Positions 19,097 through 28,712 of a stretch of DNA of 32,000 bases are shown here, piece after piece. This DNA comes from Zymomonas mobilis subsp. mobilis ATCC 10988. Lineage in GTDB: Bacteria; Pseudomonadota; Alphaproteobacteria; Sphingomonadales; Sphingomonadaceae. How positions within the stretch are numbered: position 1 is the first letter of the stretch; every line of letters starts with the position of its first letter. The position numbers and the translations under genes are program-made. The stretch spans positions 60,001 to 92,000 of the forward strand of contig NC_017262.1 in NCBI RefSeq assembly GCF_000175255.2. The letters run 5' to 3'. The notes beneath the pieces are model-generated. The model saw nothing but the letters and a program-made list of their open reading frames with translations, had not been told where the DNA came from and searched no databases.

Positions 19097-20506
19097 TTAT
19101 TTTAAACCAACCGTGATACGCGTATCAGGCTTCAATGCCTCGGTAGAGGTCACCGGATAAGCACAATAATCCGCAGCAAAATAAGCGCTTGGACGATGGT
19201 TGCCGGATAAACCGACCCCACCAAAGGGAGCCGTTGATGGCGCGCCATTGGTAGGACGGTTCCAGTTAATAACACCCGCCCGCACTTCATCACGGAAGCG
19301 CATAAAATCTTCTGGGGAATCATCGACCAAAGCCGCCGACAATCCAAATCGGGTATTATTGGCTTCTTTAATGGCAGCCTCAAAATCGGATACGCGAATA
19401 ACTTTCAAGACAGGCGCAAAGATTTCTTCATCCACCTTGTCGGCACAATCGGTCATATCTAACAGGGCAGGGGTCAAAAAAGGCTTGTCTTGCTCAAGAC
19501 GCTGTAACGGATGGAGTATTTTGGCACCATTCGCAACCAGATCATTATAGGCTTTTTCAGCATGATCGGCGGCGGCATTGTCAATCACTGATCCCATAAA
19601 AGGCTGGGGATCAGCAAAAGGCTGGTCAATAATCAACCGCCCAATTAACCGCTGAATAGCGTCTAATAAAGGCTGATGTTTGCCATCCTCTACAATCAAC
19701 CGGCGCGCACAGGTGCAACGCTGCCCCGCTGATAAATAAGCGGATTGAACAGCAATAGCCGCTGCGGATTCAATATCCTCGCTATTCCAGATTACCAGCG
19801 GATTGTTCCCGCCCATTTCCAAGGCCAAAATCCGCCCGGGATTTTCGGCAAAAACGCGGCTTAAAGCAACGCCGCCTTGCGAAGATCCGGTAAATAACAA
19901 GCCATCAATACCATTATGGCGGCTCAAGGCTTCACCTTCAGCCCGTCCACCAATCAGTAATTGAACGACCTCTTTTGGCACACCGGCTTCATGATAACAT
20001 TGCACCAGAAATTCGCCGGAGGCAGGCGTTTTTTCCGATGGTTTGAAAATAATGACATTACCGGCAATCAAGGCCGGAACAATATGACCATTTGGCAGAT
20101 GTGCCGGAAAATTAAACGGGCCTAATACCGCCAAAACACCATGCGGCTTATAACTAATTCCGCTTTTAATATTGGGCGCGATATCCGGCAAAGCGACTGG
20201 ATAACTGCGGTCTTTATAGGCGAGAATAGATATATCGACCTTATTGGCAACGATCTGGGCTTCGGTTTTCGCTTCCCAAAAAGGTTTACCGGTTTCTCTC
20301 GCGATAATACTGCCGAAAATATCAGCTTTTTCGCGAATAATCGCGGCAAAACGTTCTAAAATAACAATCCGGTCTTCTAAAGCCGTTTTCGCCCATCCGC
20401 TCAAAACAGAACGGGCGCGGCTGACGGCTTGATCAACATCCCCCACTGAACCTTGCCATAGTATTTGACCCGTCACTGGATCAGTCGAAATAATCATCTC
20501 TGACAT
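19097..20506 (-). CDS. astD: N-succinylglutamate 5-semialdehyde dehydrogenase-like (aldehyde dehydrogenase family)
   Basis: ALDH family: LGPFNFPAHLPNGHIVPALIAGN, ALEMGGNNPLV, SAGQRCTCARR, NRPTNGAPSTAPFGGVG. Start MSEMIIS at 20506. The track ORF extends to 20527. Confidence 0.85.
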   Translation of the reverse strand: MSEMIISTDPVTGQILWQGSVGDVDQAVSRARSVLSGWAKTALEDRIVILERFAAIIREKADIFGSIIARETGKPFWEAKTEAQIVANKVDISILAYKDRSYPVALPDIAPNIKSGISYKPHGVLAVLGPFNFPAHLPNGHIVPALIAGNVIIFKPSEKTPASGEFLVQCYHEAGVPKEVVQLLIGGRAEGEALSRHNGIDGLLFTGSSQGGVALSRVFAENPGRILALEMGGNNPLVIWNSEDIESAAAIAVQSAYLSAGQRCTCARRLIVEDGKHQPLLDAIQRLIGRLIIDQPFADPQPFMGSVIDNAAADHAEKAYNDLVANGAKILHPLQRLEQDKPFLTPALLDMTDCADKVDEEIFAPVLKVIRVSDFEAAIKEANNTRFGLSAALVDDSPEDFMRFRDEVRAGVINWNRPTNGAPSTAPFGGVGLSGNHRPSAYFAADYCAYPVTSTEALKPDTRITVGLK

Positions 20507-20795
20507 TTTATATCCCCTCTTCCTCATTTTTTCTTAAAAGCCTTGCTCTTTACTGAAAAGAACGCTCGAATGCTTTTGTTCAGGCTATCGCAAAGCAGAA
20601 AATCAGACAATCAATAAAGCTTTGGATTTATTCCGGAGTAAACAACGATAATAAATTTTAGGAAGGATGATTGTTTTTCGCGACTGGCCACCCCATCATT
20701 CATCTTGCCTGCCCAAGGCGTAAAGTTTCCCTAACGGCATGGAAAGCAAAGATGATTTGCCCAAAGGTCGTGAAAACAGACAAAAAGATAGTGTT

Positions 20796-21605
20796 ATGAC
20801 GAATTTGCTCGATCCAGATGCCCGAGGGCGGGTTATTCTTGTGGGTGCCGGCCCCGGCAACCCCGAACTACTGACCTTGCGTGCTGTTGAGGTGCTTCGG
20901 CAAGCGGATGTTGTAGTCTATGATGCGGAAATAGACGAAGGTATTCTTACCTATATTCCGAAAACGGCACAGGCAATTTCGGTCTGTTCCGAGAGTGAAG
21001 GGGAAAAGAACGAACGGCAACCTTTAACACAGGGCGAAATTAACGCTTTGGTAATCGCGCATGTCCGAACCGGTTCGATTGTGGTTCGCCTGAAAGGGGG
21101 TGACCCTTTTGTTTTCGGTCGGGGCGGGGAAGAGGTTGAGGCTGTTCGGGCAGCCGGTATGCCGGTGGAAGTGGTGCCGGGGGTTTCTGCGGCTTTGGGT
21201 TGTGCGGCTGATGCGATGTTGCCGCTGACTCATCGGGGCTTATCGGATGTCGTCAGCTTTGTTTCCACACCGGAACAGGAAACCGCTTCTTCGGTGAATT
21301 GGAAAGGCCTTGCTGGATCGGGGCATACCTTGGTCGTTTATATGGACATCAAAAAAGCGCGTTTTATCACGCAATGCTTGATCCATGAAGGCATAGACAG
21401 CCATATCCCCGTTGTAATTATCGAGCGCGGGACGTGCAAGGACAGCCGTATTATACGCTCTGTGCTTATCAATCTTGAAAATACGATTCAAAATGAAAAA
21501 GTTGTCGGGCCCGCTATTTTAATCGTCGGGGATGTCGCTTTATTCGCTAAACCCAAAAATACACTGCATCAGGATTACGAAGAACTGGACGCTATGGCCG
21601 ATTAA
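20796..21605 (+). CDS. cobA: Uroporphyrinogen-III C-methyltransferase
   Basis: VGAGPGNPELLTLRAVEVLRQADVVVYD, VVRLKGGDPFVFGRGGEE and LPLTHRGLSDVVSFVS. Start taken at ATG 20796 (MTNLLDPDARG...). The longer track ORF begins at 20739. Confidence 0.92.
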   Translation: MTNLLDPDARGRVILVGAGPGNPELLTLRAVEVLRQADVVVYDAEIDEGILTYIPKTAQAISVCSESEGEKNERQPLTQGEINALVIAHVRTGSIVVRLKGGDPFVFGRGGEEVEAVRAAGMPVEVVPGVSAALGCAADAMLPLTHRGLSDVVSFVSTPEQETASSVNWKGLAGSGHTLVVYMDIKKARFITQCLIHEGIDSHIPVVIIERGTCKDSRIIRSVLINLENTIQNEKVVGPAILIVGDVALFAKPKNTLHQDYEELDAMAD

Positions 21606-21734
21606 CGGCTTTTTCTTTTATCAGAAAATCAGACGTTAACGCCTTTATTTAAAATTCAAAATAACGCTGCAATTGATAAAAAATCTTCCGGCCAAGTCTT
21701 TTGACCGGAAGATTTTTTAATATCACAAAGGAAC

Positions 21735-22946
21735 TCAGGCCGCCAAAACGCCAGTTGCTTGACCGGCTTTTTTAAACATCGCCAGAATTTCAGTGACATC
21801 ATCGTCGCTATGCTCGGCACAAAGCGAACAACGCAGCAAGAACATACCGGCAGGCGTTGCCGGTGGGCGTGCCAGATTGACATAAAGACCCAGCTCAAGC
21901 AGATTTTGCCACATGGCAACGGCTTGTTCCTGATCCGGCAGGATGACCGCAATAATTGCAGATTGAGCTGTTTCCGTTCCCAGATTGAAACCCATTTCCT
22001 TCAGGCCGCTATGCAAACGACGGGAGTTCTTCCAAAGATGTTCCCGCTTGTCATTGGCCTTTTGAAGTTTGCGGATAGAAGCCTCTGCGGTAGCGACCAC
22101 ACTTGGCGGCAAAGACGCCGTAAAGACATAAGGACGGCATACCAATCGCAGCACTTCAAATTGAGGATGGTTGGAAACACAGAAACCGCCAACAGTGCCA
22201 ACAGATTTTGAAAAAGTGCCGACGATAAAGTCAATCTGACCTTCAAGCCCCAATTCTTCAAAGACACCACGGCCGTTTTTCCCAAAGAATCCCATACCAT
22301 GGGCTTCATCATCAAGAATCAAGGCATCGTGCTTTTTGGCGATGGCAACCATCTCTGCCAAAGGCGCAATATCGCCCAGCATTGAATAAACGCCTTCCAA
22401 AACAACGAGTTTGCCTGCTTCTTTGGGTAAACGGGCAAGACGACGATCAAGATCTTCGGGAGAATTGTGACGAAAACGGATGATTTCCGCATTGCCAAGA
22501 CGGCAGCCATCATAAATCGAAGCATGGCTATCGGCGTCGATAATGACATATTCGCCTTTACCCGCCAAAGTTGAAATCATACCAAGATTGGCCTGATATC
22601 CGGTTGAAAAGACCATGGCATGTTCCATACCGTAATAGTCTTTCAAGGCTTCTTCACAGGCCTTATGCCCCTGATAGGTGCCATTTAAAACGCGAGAACC
22701 GGTGGTGCCTGCGCCGAATTCTTTTAATGCCTTTTCACCGGCAGCAATAACGTCGGGGTCAAAAGTCATCCCCATATAGTTATAGGTGCCAAGCAGGATA
22801 ACCGGCTTCCCTTTAATAATGGCCTTTGTCGGGGATAATACCTTTTCCATCACCACGGCAAAAGGATCACGGCCGCCATGACTTAACATTTCCTTACGGA
22901 TAGCAATCAGCGGGTCAAATTTTGAAAAAAGATCAGTCACCTGCAC
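21735..22946 (-). CDS. spt: Serine palmitoyltransferase (alpha-oxoamine synthase family)
   Basis: LGTYNYMGMTFDPDVIAAG, DADSHASIYDGC, LDDEAHGMGFFGKNGRG and the GTFSKSVGTVGGF PLP lysine context, with an adjacent dedicated ACP-like gene. Confidence 0.88.
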   Translation of the reverse strand: MQVTDLFSKFDPLIAIRKEMLSHGGRDPFAVVMEKVLSPTKAIIKGKPVILLGTYNYMGMTFDPDVIAAGEKALKEFGAGTTGSRVLNGTYQGHKACEEALKDYYGMEHAMVFSTGYQANLGMISTLAGKGEYVIIDADSHASIYDGCRLGNAEIIRFRHNSPEDLDRRLARLPKEAGKLVVLEGVYSMLGDIAPLAEMVAIAKKHDALILDDEAHGMGFFGKNGRGVFEELGLEGQIDFIVGTFSKSVGTVGGFCVSNHPQFEVLRLVCRPYVFTASLPPSVVATAEASIRKLQKANDKREHLWKNSRRLHSGLKEMGFNLGTETAQSAIIAVILPDQEQAVAMWQNLLELGLYVNLARPPATPAGMFLLRCSLCAEHSDDDVTEILAMFKKAGQATGVLAA

Positions 22947-23007
22947 ATACTTTCAATTCTTATTCTTTTCAGACGGTATCAACCGCCTATCTCTTTGGGA
23001 ATATCGA

Positions 23008-23280
23008 TTATTTTTCGTTTACCAGCTTTTCAATTACCGCCACAAGCTGGCCGACAGTTTCAATTTCAGCCTGTAAATTCATCGAAATCGAAATATCGAA
23101 CTCATCTTCAACGGCAGCAACGAAATCCATAACCGTCAAACTGTCCCATTCAAGGCCAGTCGCAAAGCTGGTCTCTTCGGTCAAAGGAACCGCTTTTTTG
23201 TTGAACGGTTCGATAAGCGCGACAGTCTGCTGCCAAATAGCCTTATTTTCAGTCATAATTGATATCCCTTCACTCAACAA
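23008..23280 (-). CDS. Acyl carrier protein-like protein linked to serine palmitoyltransferase
   Basis: 90 aa. EWDSLTVMDFVAAVEDEFDISISMNLQAEIETVGQLVAVIE is an ACP fold motif (DSL), next to spt on the same strand. Confidence 0.85.
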   Translation of the reverse strand: MLSEGISIMTENKAIWQQTVALIEPFNKKAVPLTEETSFATGLEWDSLTVMDFVAAVEDEFDISISMNLQAEIETVGQLVAVIEKLVNEK

Positions 23281-23497
23281 AAGCGCATTTGTTACGTAAT
23301 TAAAGGTATTAAACTAAAATATTTTTTTTTCCTGTCTTTATTCGGGAAAAACAGCACCCCCATGGGTATGCTCCACATATAAGGCGCTAACATGGGCAAA
23401 AATATGTCTCCGTTATGGAGTTGGTTAATCTAGGAATGCTCCGCTTTGACAGAGAAGATAGCCTACAGACATCGACATCACGAGTAATAGCGAGAGC

Positions 23498-24541
23498 ATG
23501 TCTAAACAGGGAGTATACGCGATGGTGGGACTGGAAAAATCCGCAAGCACCAATCCTTCTTTCTATAATCTGGGCAATGTGCAAAAGAGCCAAGGCGCTT
23601 TGCTTTATAAAACGGCGCCCCAGATTTTGGTGATTGCCTCGGATGCCGAGCGGCAAACGGAATTAGAAAATTCCGTTACCCATATGGGTTTTACAACCCG
23701 TATGTTTCCGATGGATGAAGCGGTAGAAGTTTTGCGAAATGGCATGGCGGGGGATGCTATTTTGCTTGATATGACATCGCTTCAAGATGAAAAACTAGCC
23801 GATGAACTGATGGATGCGGTTCTTGCCAGATTGTCTTATGACGTTATCGGGGTGGTTTTGAATATCCCCTTGGCGTTTATCGATATGGCCTATAACCGTT
23901 TCTTTGAAACGGATGTACAGTTACTGGTCGGCGGCGATGAAAAAAGTTGGCTCCCTGCTTTAAAAAAGGCGGTTCGTCCTCTTTCTTTAACTCTGCATGA
24001 TGTGGTTTCCGACACAAGAAGACCACCGTTAAAAACGATCAGCGAAGAAGTCAGCCGCATTGCCAGAATGCTGGAATCATTATCCAGTGAAGAAAATGCC
24101 AAGATGAATTACGCGCTGCCCTCTTCTTTTAACGGGGAAAGCCGTAGCAATGGGGTTGTCACGACCGAAGCACAACCCGAACAAAAGAAGATCAATATCA
24201 ATGCCGCTGTGGTTCGGGCTATCATCCGTTCACGCCGCTTGCGGGATCAGTATTTCTCGGCTTCGCTTTTCGCGGATCCGGCTTGGGATATGCTGCTAGA
24301 CCTGACGGCTGCCCGATTAGAAGGCCGCCAAGTCTCGGTTTCCAGCTTGTGTATCGCTTCCGCCGTGCCGCCAACCACAGCCTTGCGCTGGATCAAATCA
24401 TTGACGGAAGAAAAAATCTTCGTCCGTATCGCCGATCCTCGCGATGGCCGCCGCGTCTTTATCCAGCTGTCAGATATGGCGATGGATGCCATGATTCCTT
24501 ATCTTGCTGCCTCAATCAGCCTTGTCATGCGCGCGCTTTAA
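23498..24541 (+). CDS. Putative regulator: receiver-like N-terminal region and winged-HTH-like C-terminal region
   Basis: ILVIASDAERQTELENSVTHMGFTTRMFPMDEAVEVLRNGMAGDAILLDMTS resembles a REC-like fold. C-terminal VSVSSLCIASAVPPTTALRWIKSLTEEKIFVRIADPRDGRRVFIQLSD resembles a MarR-type wHTH. Confidence 0.7.
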   Translation: MSKQGVYAMVGLEKSASTNPSFYNLGNVQKSQGALLYKTAPQILVIASDAERQTELENSVTHMGFTTRMFPMDEAVEVLRNGMAGDAILLDMTSLQDEKLADELMDAVLARLSYDVIGVVLNIPLAFIDMAYNRFFETDVQLLVGGDEKSWLPALKKAVRPLSLTLHDVVSDTRRPPLKTISEEVSRIARMLESLSSEENAKMNYALPSSFNGESRSNGVVTTEAQPEQKKININAAVVRAIIRSRRLRDQYFSASLFADPAWDMLLDLTAARLEGRQVSVSSLCIASAVPPTTALRWIKSLTEEKIFVRIADPRDGRRVFIQLSDMAMDAMIPYLAASISLVMRAL

Positions 24542-24564
24542 AATAACCTATAAAACTCTACCCA

Positions 24565-24597
24565 CTAAAAAAGCCCGCATGATGCGGGCTTTTTTAT
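24565..24597 (+). terminator. Rho-independent terminator
   Basis: AAAAAAGCCCGCAT gatg-type loop CGGGCTTTTTT. A clear GC stem flanked by A and T runs, usable in both directions. Confidence 0.85.
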
Positions 24598-24678
24598 AAA
24601 ATCATTGTAGATCTGCATCTCTAATTTCAAAGGGTCTAAGTGCGTCCTTAATATTCTTTATAAGGTGTTGATGGCCCT

Positions 24679-25457
24679 CTAGGTTTTGTTGACAAAGGAA
24701 GGTAACCACAATTTTACGGCCGCGAGATGAAGGAAGGCGAGAAAAGATTTTCTGGTTTTGTCATAGCGTGTGGCAATGCGCCTGAACTGCTTTAGCTTAT
24801 TAAACATCCGCTCAATACGATTACGATCTTTGTAGTGCTGGAGATTATAAGGAATAGGCTTTTTTCGATTGGAACGAGGCGGGATAACAGGAAGAATGCC
24901 TCGAAAAAGCAGTTTTTCGCGTAACCTATCGCTATCATATCCTTTATCAGCGAGAAAACAGTGGGGTGTTGTGACAGGGATATCTATCAAGCTATCAGCG
25001 CCAGAATAATCAGAGACCTCACCACCGGTTAGTGCGAAAGCTAGAGGGCGGCCTTGACCATCGGAACGGGCGTGGATCTTGCTCGTAAAGCCTCCGCGAC
25101 TGCGACCAAAGCCTTCCTTATACGTCCCCCTTTTGCGCCAGCCGCTTGGCTGTGGGCGCGAATAATCGTACTATCTATCATATGTTGCCAGTCATCTGTC
25201 AGGCCAAGGTCAACGAGAGTTTCAAGAAGAGCGTCCCACACACCCTGTTCTGCCCACCTACGAAACCGAACATAGACCGAATTCCATTTCCCATAACGTT
25301 CATGCATATCTCGCCACGGGCAGCCTGTTCGAAGCACATAAAGCATACCATTGAGAAATAACCGATTACTTTTGGCGGGACGCGCGCAGCGGCCTCGTTC
25401 GCTTGGAAGAAGACCCTGTATTATCTCCCACTCCGCGTCCGTCAGATCTCCTCGCAT
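24679..25457 (-). CDS. IS5-family transposase, orfA/orfB joined by a probable -1 frameshift
   Basis: orfA 25041-25457 (MRGDLTDAEWEIIQGLLPSE...DSTIIRAHSQAAGAKGG). orfB continues in the -1 frame (RGTYKEGFGRSRGGFTSKIHARSDGQGRPLAFALTGGEVSDYSGADSL...RIERMFNKLKQFRRIATRYDK...). The switch is near GCAAAAGGGGGACG. Confidence 0.9.
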
Positions 25458-25530
25458 CCTATCTACCCTACAAAACTTGTTCTCAAGTTATCTCTAAAAA
25501 TCTTAAATTATACCCTTTGTCAACAGAACC
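24682..25530 (-). mobile_element. Complete IS5-family insertion sequence, 849 bp
   Basis: Terminal inverted repeats GGTTTTGTTGACAAAGG / CCTTTGTCAACAGAACC (one mismatch) flanked by TA at 24680-24681 and 25531-25532. Two-frame transposase inside. Confidence 0.95.
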
Positions 25531-26159
25531 TAGTATCCACTCTGGTTTAATTCCAATTTTTTGAGCTAATTTTTTGATAGGTTCAGGCATAACTTTATTT
25601 TGGTCAATAGATAGCTTATACTCTTCTTCAGAAGATTTCGTGTCGATATCTGATTCAAATATTCCATTCTTATCCAAAAAAGAAAACATTATACTACAGA
25701 TAGTACTCTCACATTTTCTGATAATATCTAAAAGATACTTTGCAAAACTTTTATAGCTTTTGCTACCCAATCGATTGGGTATTTTTTCTGGTGCTATAAT
25801 TAAAACAAAATTATTTTTAATATGAGCATTTGCGGTGATATCTAATCCGCGATGAACAATAGCATTTCGGATTTCATGTATATATAAATAATTAGATTTT
25901 CCATCTGGAAAATCTTCAAATGAAAACTGAGAGTGCAATGTTTTTTGTAAATCATCATCTTTAAATTTTTTTTGCTCAAAGATAAGATCTACTGCTGAAA
26001 TCAAATTTATAAAATAATTAGAATAGTGAATCCTCATATCTATACAATCACCTGTAGAAAGAGGCGTTCGAAATTTTAAGGCTGTACGAAGTGCTGTCTT
26101 TCTAGCTGTCATATACCATAAGAATGATTGTAATATTTTTTGATCTTCGCTGCTTAAAA

Positions 26160-26219
26160 CCATTATGGTCTCCTAGAGAACTAAATAATACATTCTTTTT
26201 TCTATAGAGACCATAATGG
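26160..26219. promoter_or_regulatory. 13-bp inverted repeat spanning start codon and RBS of the HEPN-like gene
   Basis: CCATTATGGTCTC (26160-26172) and GAGACCATAATGG (26207-26219). Confidence 0.55.
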
Positions 26220-26245
26220 TAATTTGTCTGTTCAAAAATTGAATG

Positions 26246-27826
26246 CTATTCCCATTCAATCGTTCCGGGTGGCTTAGAGGTGAAATCATAGGTCACACGG
26301 TTAATGCCTCTGACCTCATTCACAATACGGGTGGCGACATTGGCGAGAAATTCCGGCTGGAAAGGATAGATTTCAGCGGTCATTCCGTCGGTCGAAGTCA
26401 CCGCTCGCAAGGCGCAAACAGAATCGTAAGTTCTGCCGTCACCCATCACACCAACGGTTCTGACGGGTAACAATACCGCAAAAGCCTGCCAAATCGCATT
26501 ATACAAACCAGCATTACGGATTTCTTCAAGATAAACCGCATCCGCCTTACGCAAAATATCGCAGCGTTCCTTGGTCACTTCACCCGGAATACGGATAGCC
26601 AGACCAGGACCTGGGAAGGGATGACGATCGACGAAGATGTCAGGCATTCCCAATTCGCGCCCTAAATCGCGGACTTCATCCTTGAACAATTCACGAAGCG
26701 GCTCGACCAGCTTCATATTCATGCGTTCGGGCAGGCCACCAACATTGTGATGGCTTTTAATCGTTACCGACGGGCCTCCAAGGAAGCTCACGCTTTCGAT
26801 CACATCAGGATAAAGCGTGCCTTGAGCAAGGAAGTCGGCACCACCGATTTTTTTGGCTTCTTCTTCAAAAATTTCGATAAAAGTTTTGCCGATGAATTTT
26901 CGCTTGGTTTCAGGGTCAGTTACGCCCTTTAAACCAGCCAAGAAGCGGTCTTCAGCATTCACGTGAACCAGTTTGATACCATAATGCTCACGGAACAGGG
27001 AAACGACCTGCTCGGCTTCTCCCTGACGCATCAAACCATGATCGACAAAAACACAAGTCAACTGGTCGCCAATAGCTTCATGCACCAAAACGGCAGTCAC
27101 AGAAGAATCAACACCACCAGACAAGCCGCAAATAACACGACCATCGCCGACTTGTTTGCGGATTTCAGCAATTTTTGTCTGACGAAATTCCGCCATCGTC
27201 CAATCACCGGCCAAACCGCAGATGTCATGGACAAAATGAGCGATCAGCTTACCTCCATCAGGGGTATGCACCACTTCAGGATGAAATTGCATGCCATAGA
27301 AACGGCGGTTTTCATCAGCGATCAAAGCGAAAGGCGCACCATCAGAAACCGCAATAGGCTTAAAGCCTTCAGGCAAAGCCTCGACCCGATCGGCATGGCT
27401 CATCCATACTTGATGCTTTTCGCCGACCTTCCACAAATTTTCAAACAGAGGCGAGGGGGCGATTACATCAATAAAGGCACGGCCAAATTCGCCATCAACA
27501 TCATTGGCGGTAACTTTGCCGCCCAATTGATGGCACATAACCTGCTGCCCATAGCAGATGCCGAAAATCGGAATACCTGCCTGAAAGAAGGATTCCGGCG
27601 CTCTCGGGCTGCCTTCTGCGACAACAGAAGCCGGACTACCCGAAAGGATAATACCTTTTGGCTGCAAGCGCTGAAAGGCTTCTTCTGCACGGTTAAAAGG
27701 GACAATTTCGCTATATACACCGGCTTCACGGACACGGCGAGCGATAAGCTGGGTGACTTGGCTTCCGAAATCGACAATGAGAATCGATTCAGAAACAATT
27801 TTATCGGCGATTGAAGAAACGGACAT
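26246..27826 (-). CDS. guaA: GMP synthase (glutamine-hydrolysing)
   Basis: [18 protein letters not shown] class-I GATase, [23 protein letters not shown]-loop, and C-terminal [27 protein letters not shown]. Confidence 0.98.
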   Translation of the reverse strand: MSVSSIADKIVSESILIVDFGSQVTQLIARRVREAGVYSEIVPFNRAEEAFQRLQPKGIILSGSPASVVAEGSPRAPESFFQAGIPIFGICYGQQVMCHQLGGKVTANDVDGEFGRAFIDVIAPSPLFENLWKVGEKHQVWMSHADRVEALPEGFKPIAVSDGAPFALIADENRRFYGMQFHPEVVHTPDGGKLIAHFVHDICGLAGDWTMAEFRQTKIAEIRKQVGDGRVICGLSGGVDSSVTAVLVHEAIGDQLTCVFVDHGLMRQGEAEQVVSLFREHYGIKLVHVNAEDRFLAGLKGVTDPETKRKFIGKTFIEIFEEEAKKIGGADFLAQGTLYPDVIESVSFLGGPSVTIKSHHNVGGLPERMNMKLVEPLRELFKDEVRDLGRELGMPDIFVDRHPFPGPGLAIRIPGEVTKERCDILRKADAVYLEEIRNAGLYNAIWQAFAVLLPVRTVGVMGDGRTYDSVCALRAVTSTDGMTAEIYPFQPEFLANVATRIVNEVRGINRVTYDFTSKPPGTIEWE

Positions 27827-28045
27827 AGAGCTTTCGATAAGGGGGGAAAACGCTCCTGTCCAGATGCTTCATGCCAGAAGAACACTTCCTGTCCTTAATC
27901 AGGCCAATTTTTTTAACAGGACTTTCAGATTCAAGCTTTTTTAATGATTGTCTGAAAAGGATGCGCTGATATTCTTGGCTTATCAAGACCTCCTTCTGCC
28001 TCTTCTTTTCAGATGACACAGAAGGAAGCCCGCCACTCTTTGCTA

Positions 28046-28702
28046 TTAAGCTTTTTCTGTTTTCAACAAATGGCTGTAATAGGTCTTTACCCCTTGTAGA
28101 GGGGCTATCGGATTATGTCCTGTTATCCGATCTTTTGTGACCAAGGTTGTTGCTGGTGCTTCGGAATAGCGATAGAATAAACTATCATGTCCAACGCATA
28201 ATCCCATGACAACATTCAGCTCGGTTTTTTGTTTGTTAAGCAATTTTGCTTGCCAGACCGGATTGCATATCCGTTCAAAAGGCTGCCGCAAATATTGCAG
28301 CTCAATATTTATCTTGGTCTTCTCGACGGCACCTACTTTGCAAGCCACTCCAAACGCCTCAAACCCCTTGGCTTTCAAAATACGCGCGAAAATACGACTT
28401 TCTTCTATAAGGCCAATACAAGTCGCAATCCCGATTTTCTTGGCATTAATCCGGCGAGCAAACTCCATAACCTCTTCAACACGGGTATATTTGCCATAGA
28501 ATGCGCCTTCGACTTCTGACCCCGCCACAGCCAGCCTGCGAACCTCTTGGTCATGACTATACAGCTCTATAATATCATCAATTTCTTGATCGGAGAGGCT
28601 GACGGTTGGACAGAATTCGGGATATTTTCCGGCTTCTTTTTTGCAGGTATTAACTGCGCAATTAGTGCAGCTCAAACCATCATTTTCAGCTTTATTCGCC
28701 AT
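28046..28702 (-). CDS. DUF1847-like cysteine-rich protein
   Basis: LSCTNCAVNTCKKEAGKYPEFCPT N-terminal cysteine cluster, NAKKIGIATCIGLIEESR, FGVACKVGAVEK, VMGLCVGHDSLFYRYSEAP. Confidence 0.75.
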   Translation of the reverse strand: MANKAENDGLSCTNCAVNTCKKEAGKYPEFCPTVSLSDQEIDDIIELYSHDQEVRRLAVAGSEVEGAFYGKYTRVEEVMEFARRINAKKIGIATCIGLIEESRIFARILKAKGFEAFGVACKVGAVEKTKINIELQYLRQPFERICNPVWQAKLLNKQKTELNVVMGLCVGHDSLFYRYSEAPATTLVTKDRITGHNPIAPLQGVKTYYSHLLKTEKA

Positions 28703-28712
28703 TTTCCTGCTC

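Larger units (their letters stand above)
24602..26163 (-). pseudogene. HEPN-like hypothetical protein gene interrupted by an IS5-family element (24682-25530)
   Basis: ORF 25483-26163 contains IHEIRNAIVHRG (R-x4-H). Joining flanks across the TA duplication gives a continuous 711-nt ORF ending ...KPEWILEGHQHLIKNIKDALRPFEIRDADLQ* with its stop at 24602-24604. Start has an AGGAGA RBS. Confidence 0.75.

Noticed and set aside
21656-22315. ORFs of 98-150 aa within the spt gene
   Set aside because: They are antisense or shifted-frame translations of the serine palmitoyltransferase gene with no independent support.
21735-22946. 5-aminolevulinate synthase (hemA) as identity for the alpha-oxoamine synthase
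   Set aside because: The LGTYNYMGM motif and the adjacent dedicated ACP-like gene fit serine palmitoyltransferase better. It cannot be fully excluded without phylogeny.
25054-25361. Plus-strand ORFs inside the IS
   Set aside because: They are antisense to the transposase and reappear only because of the IS sequence.
25483-25530. Treating the 226-aa HEPN-like ORF as a complete native protein
   Set aside because: Its last ~15 codons come from the IS terminus. The native C-terminus is on the far side of the IS (24602-24679).
26963-27814. 283-aa plus-strand ORF antisense to guaA
   Set aside because: It lies entirely within the strongly supported guaA gene and its sequence has no recognisable domain. 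It is explained by stop-codon depletion opposite a biased coding frame.
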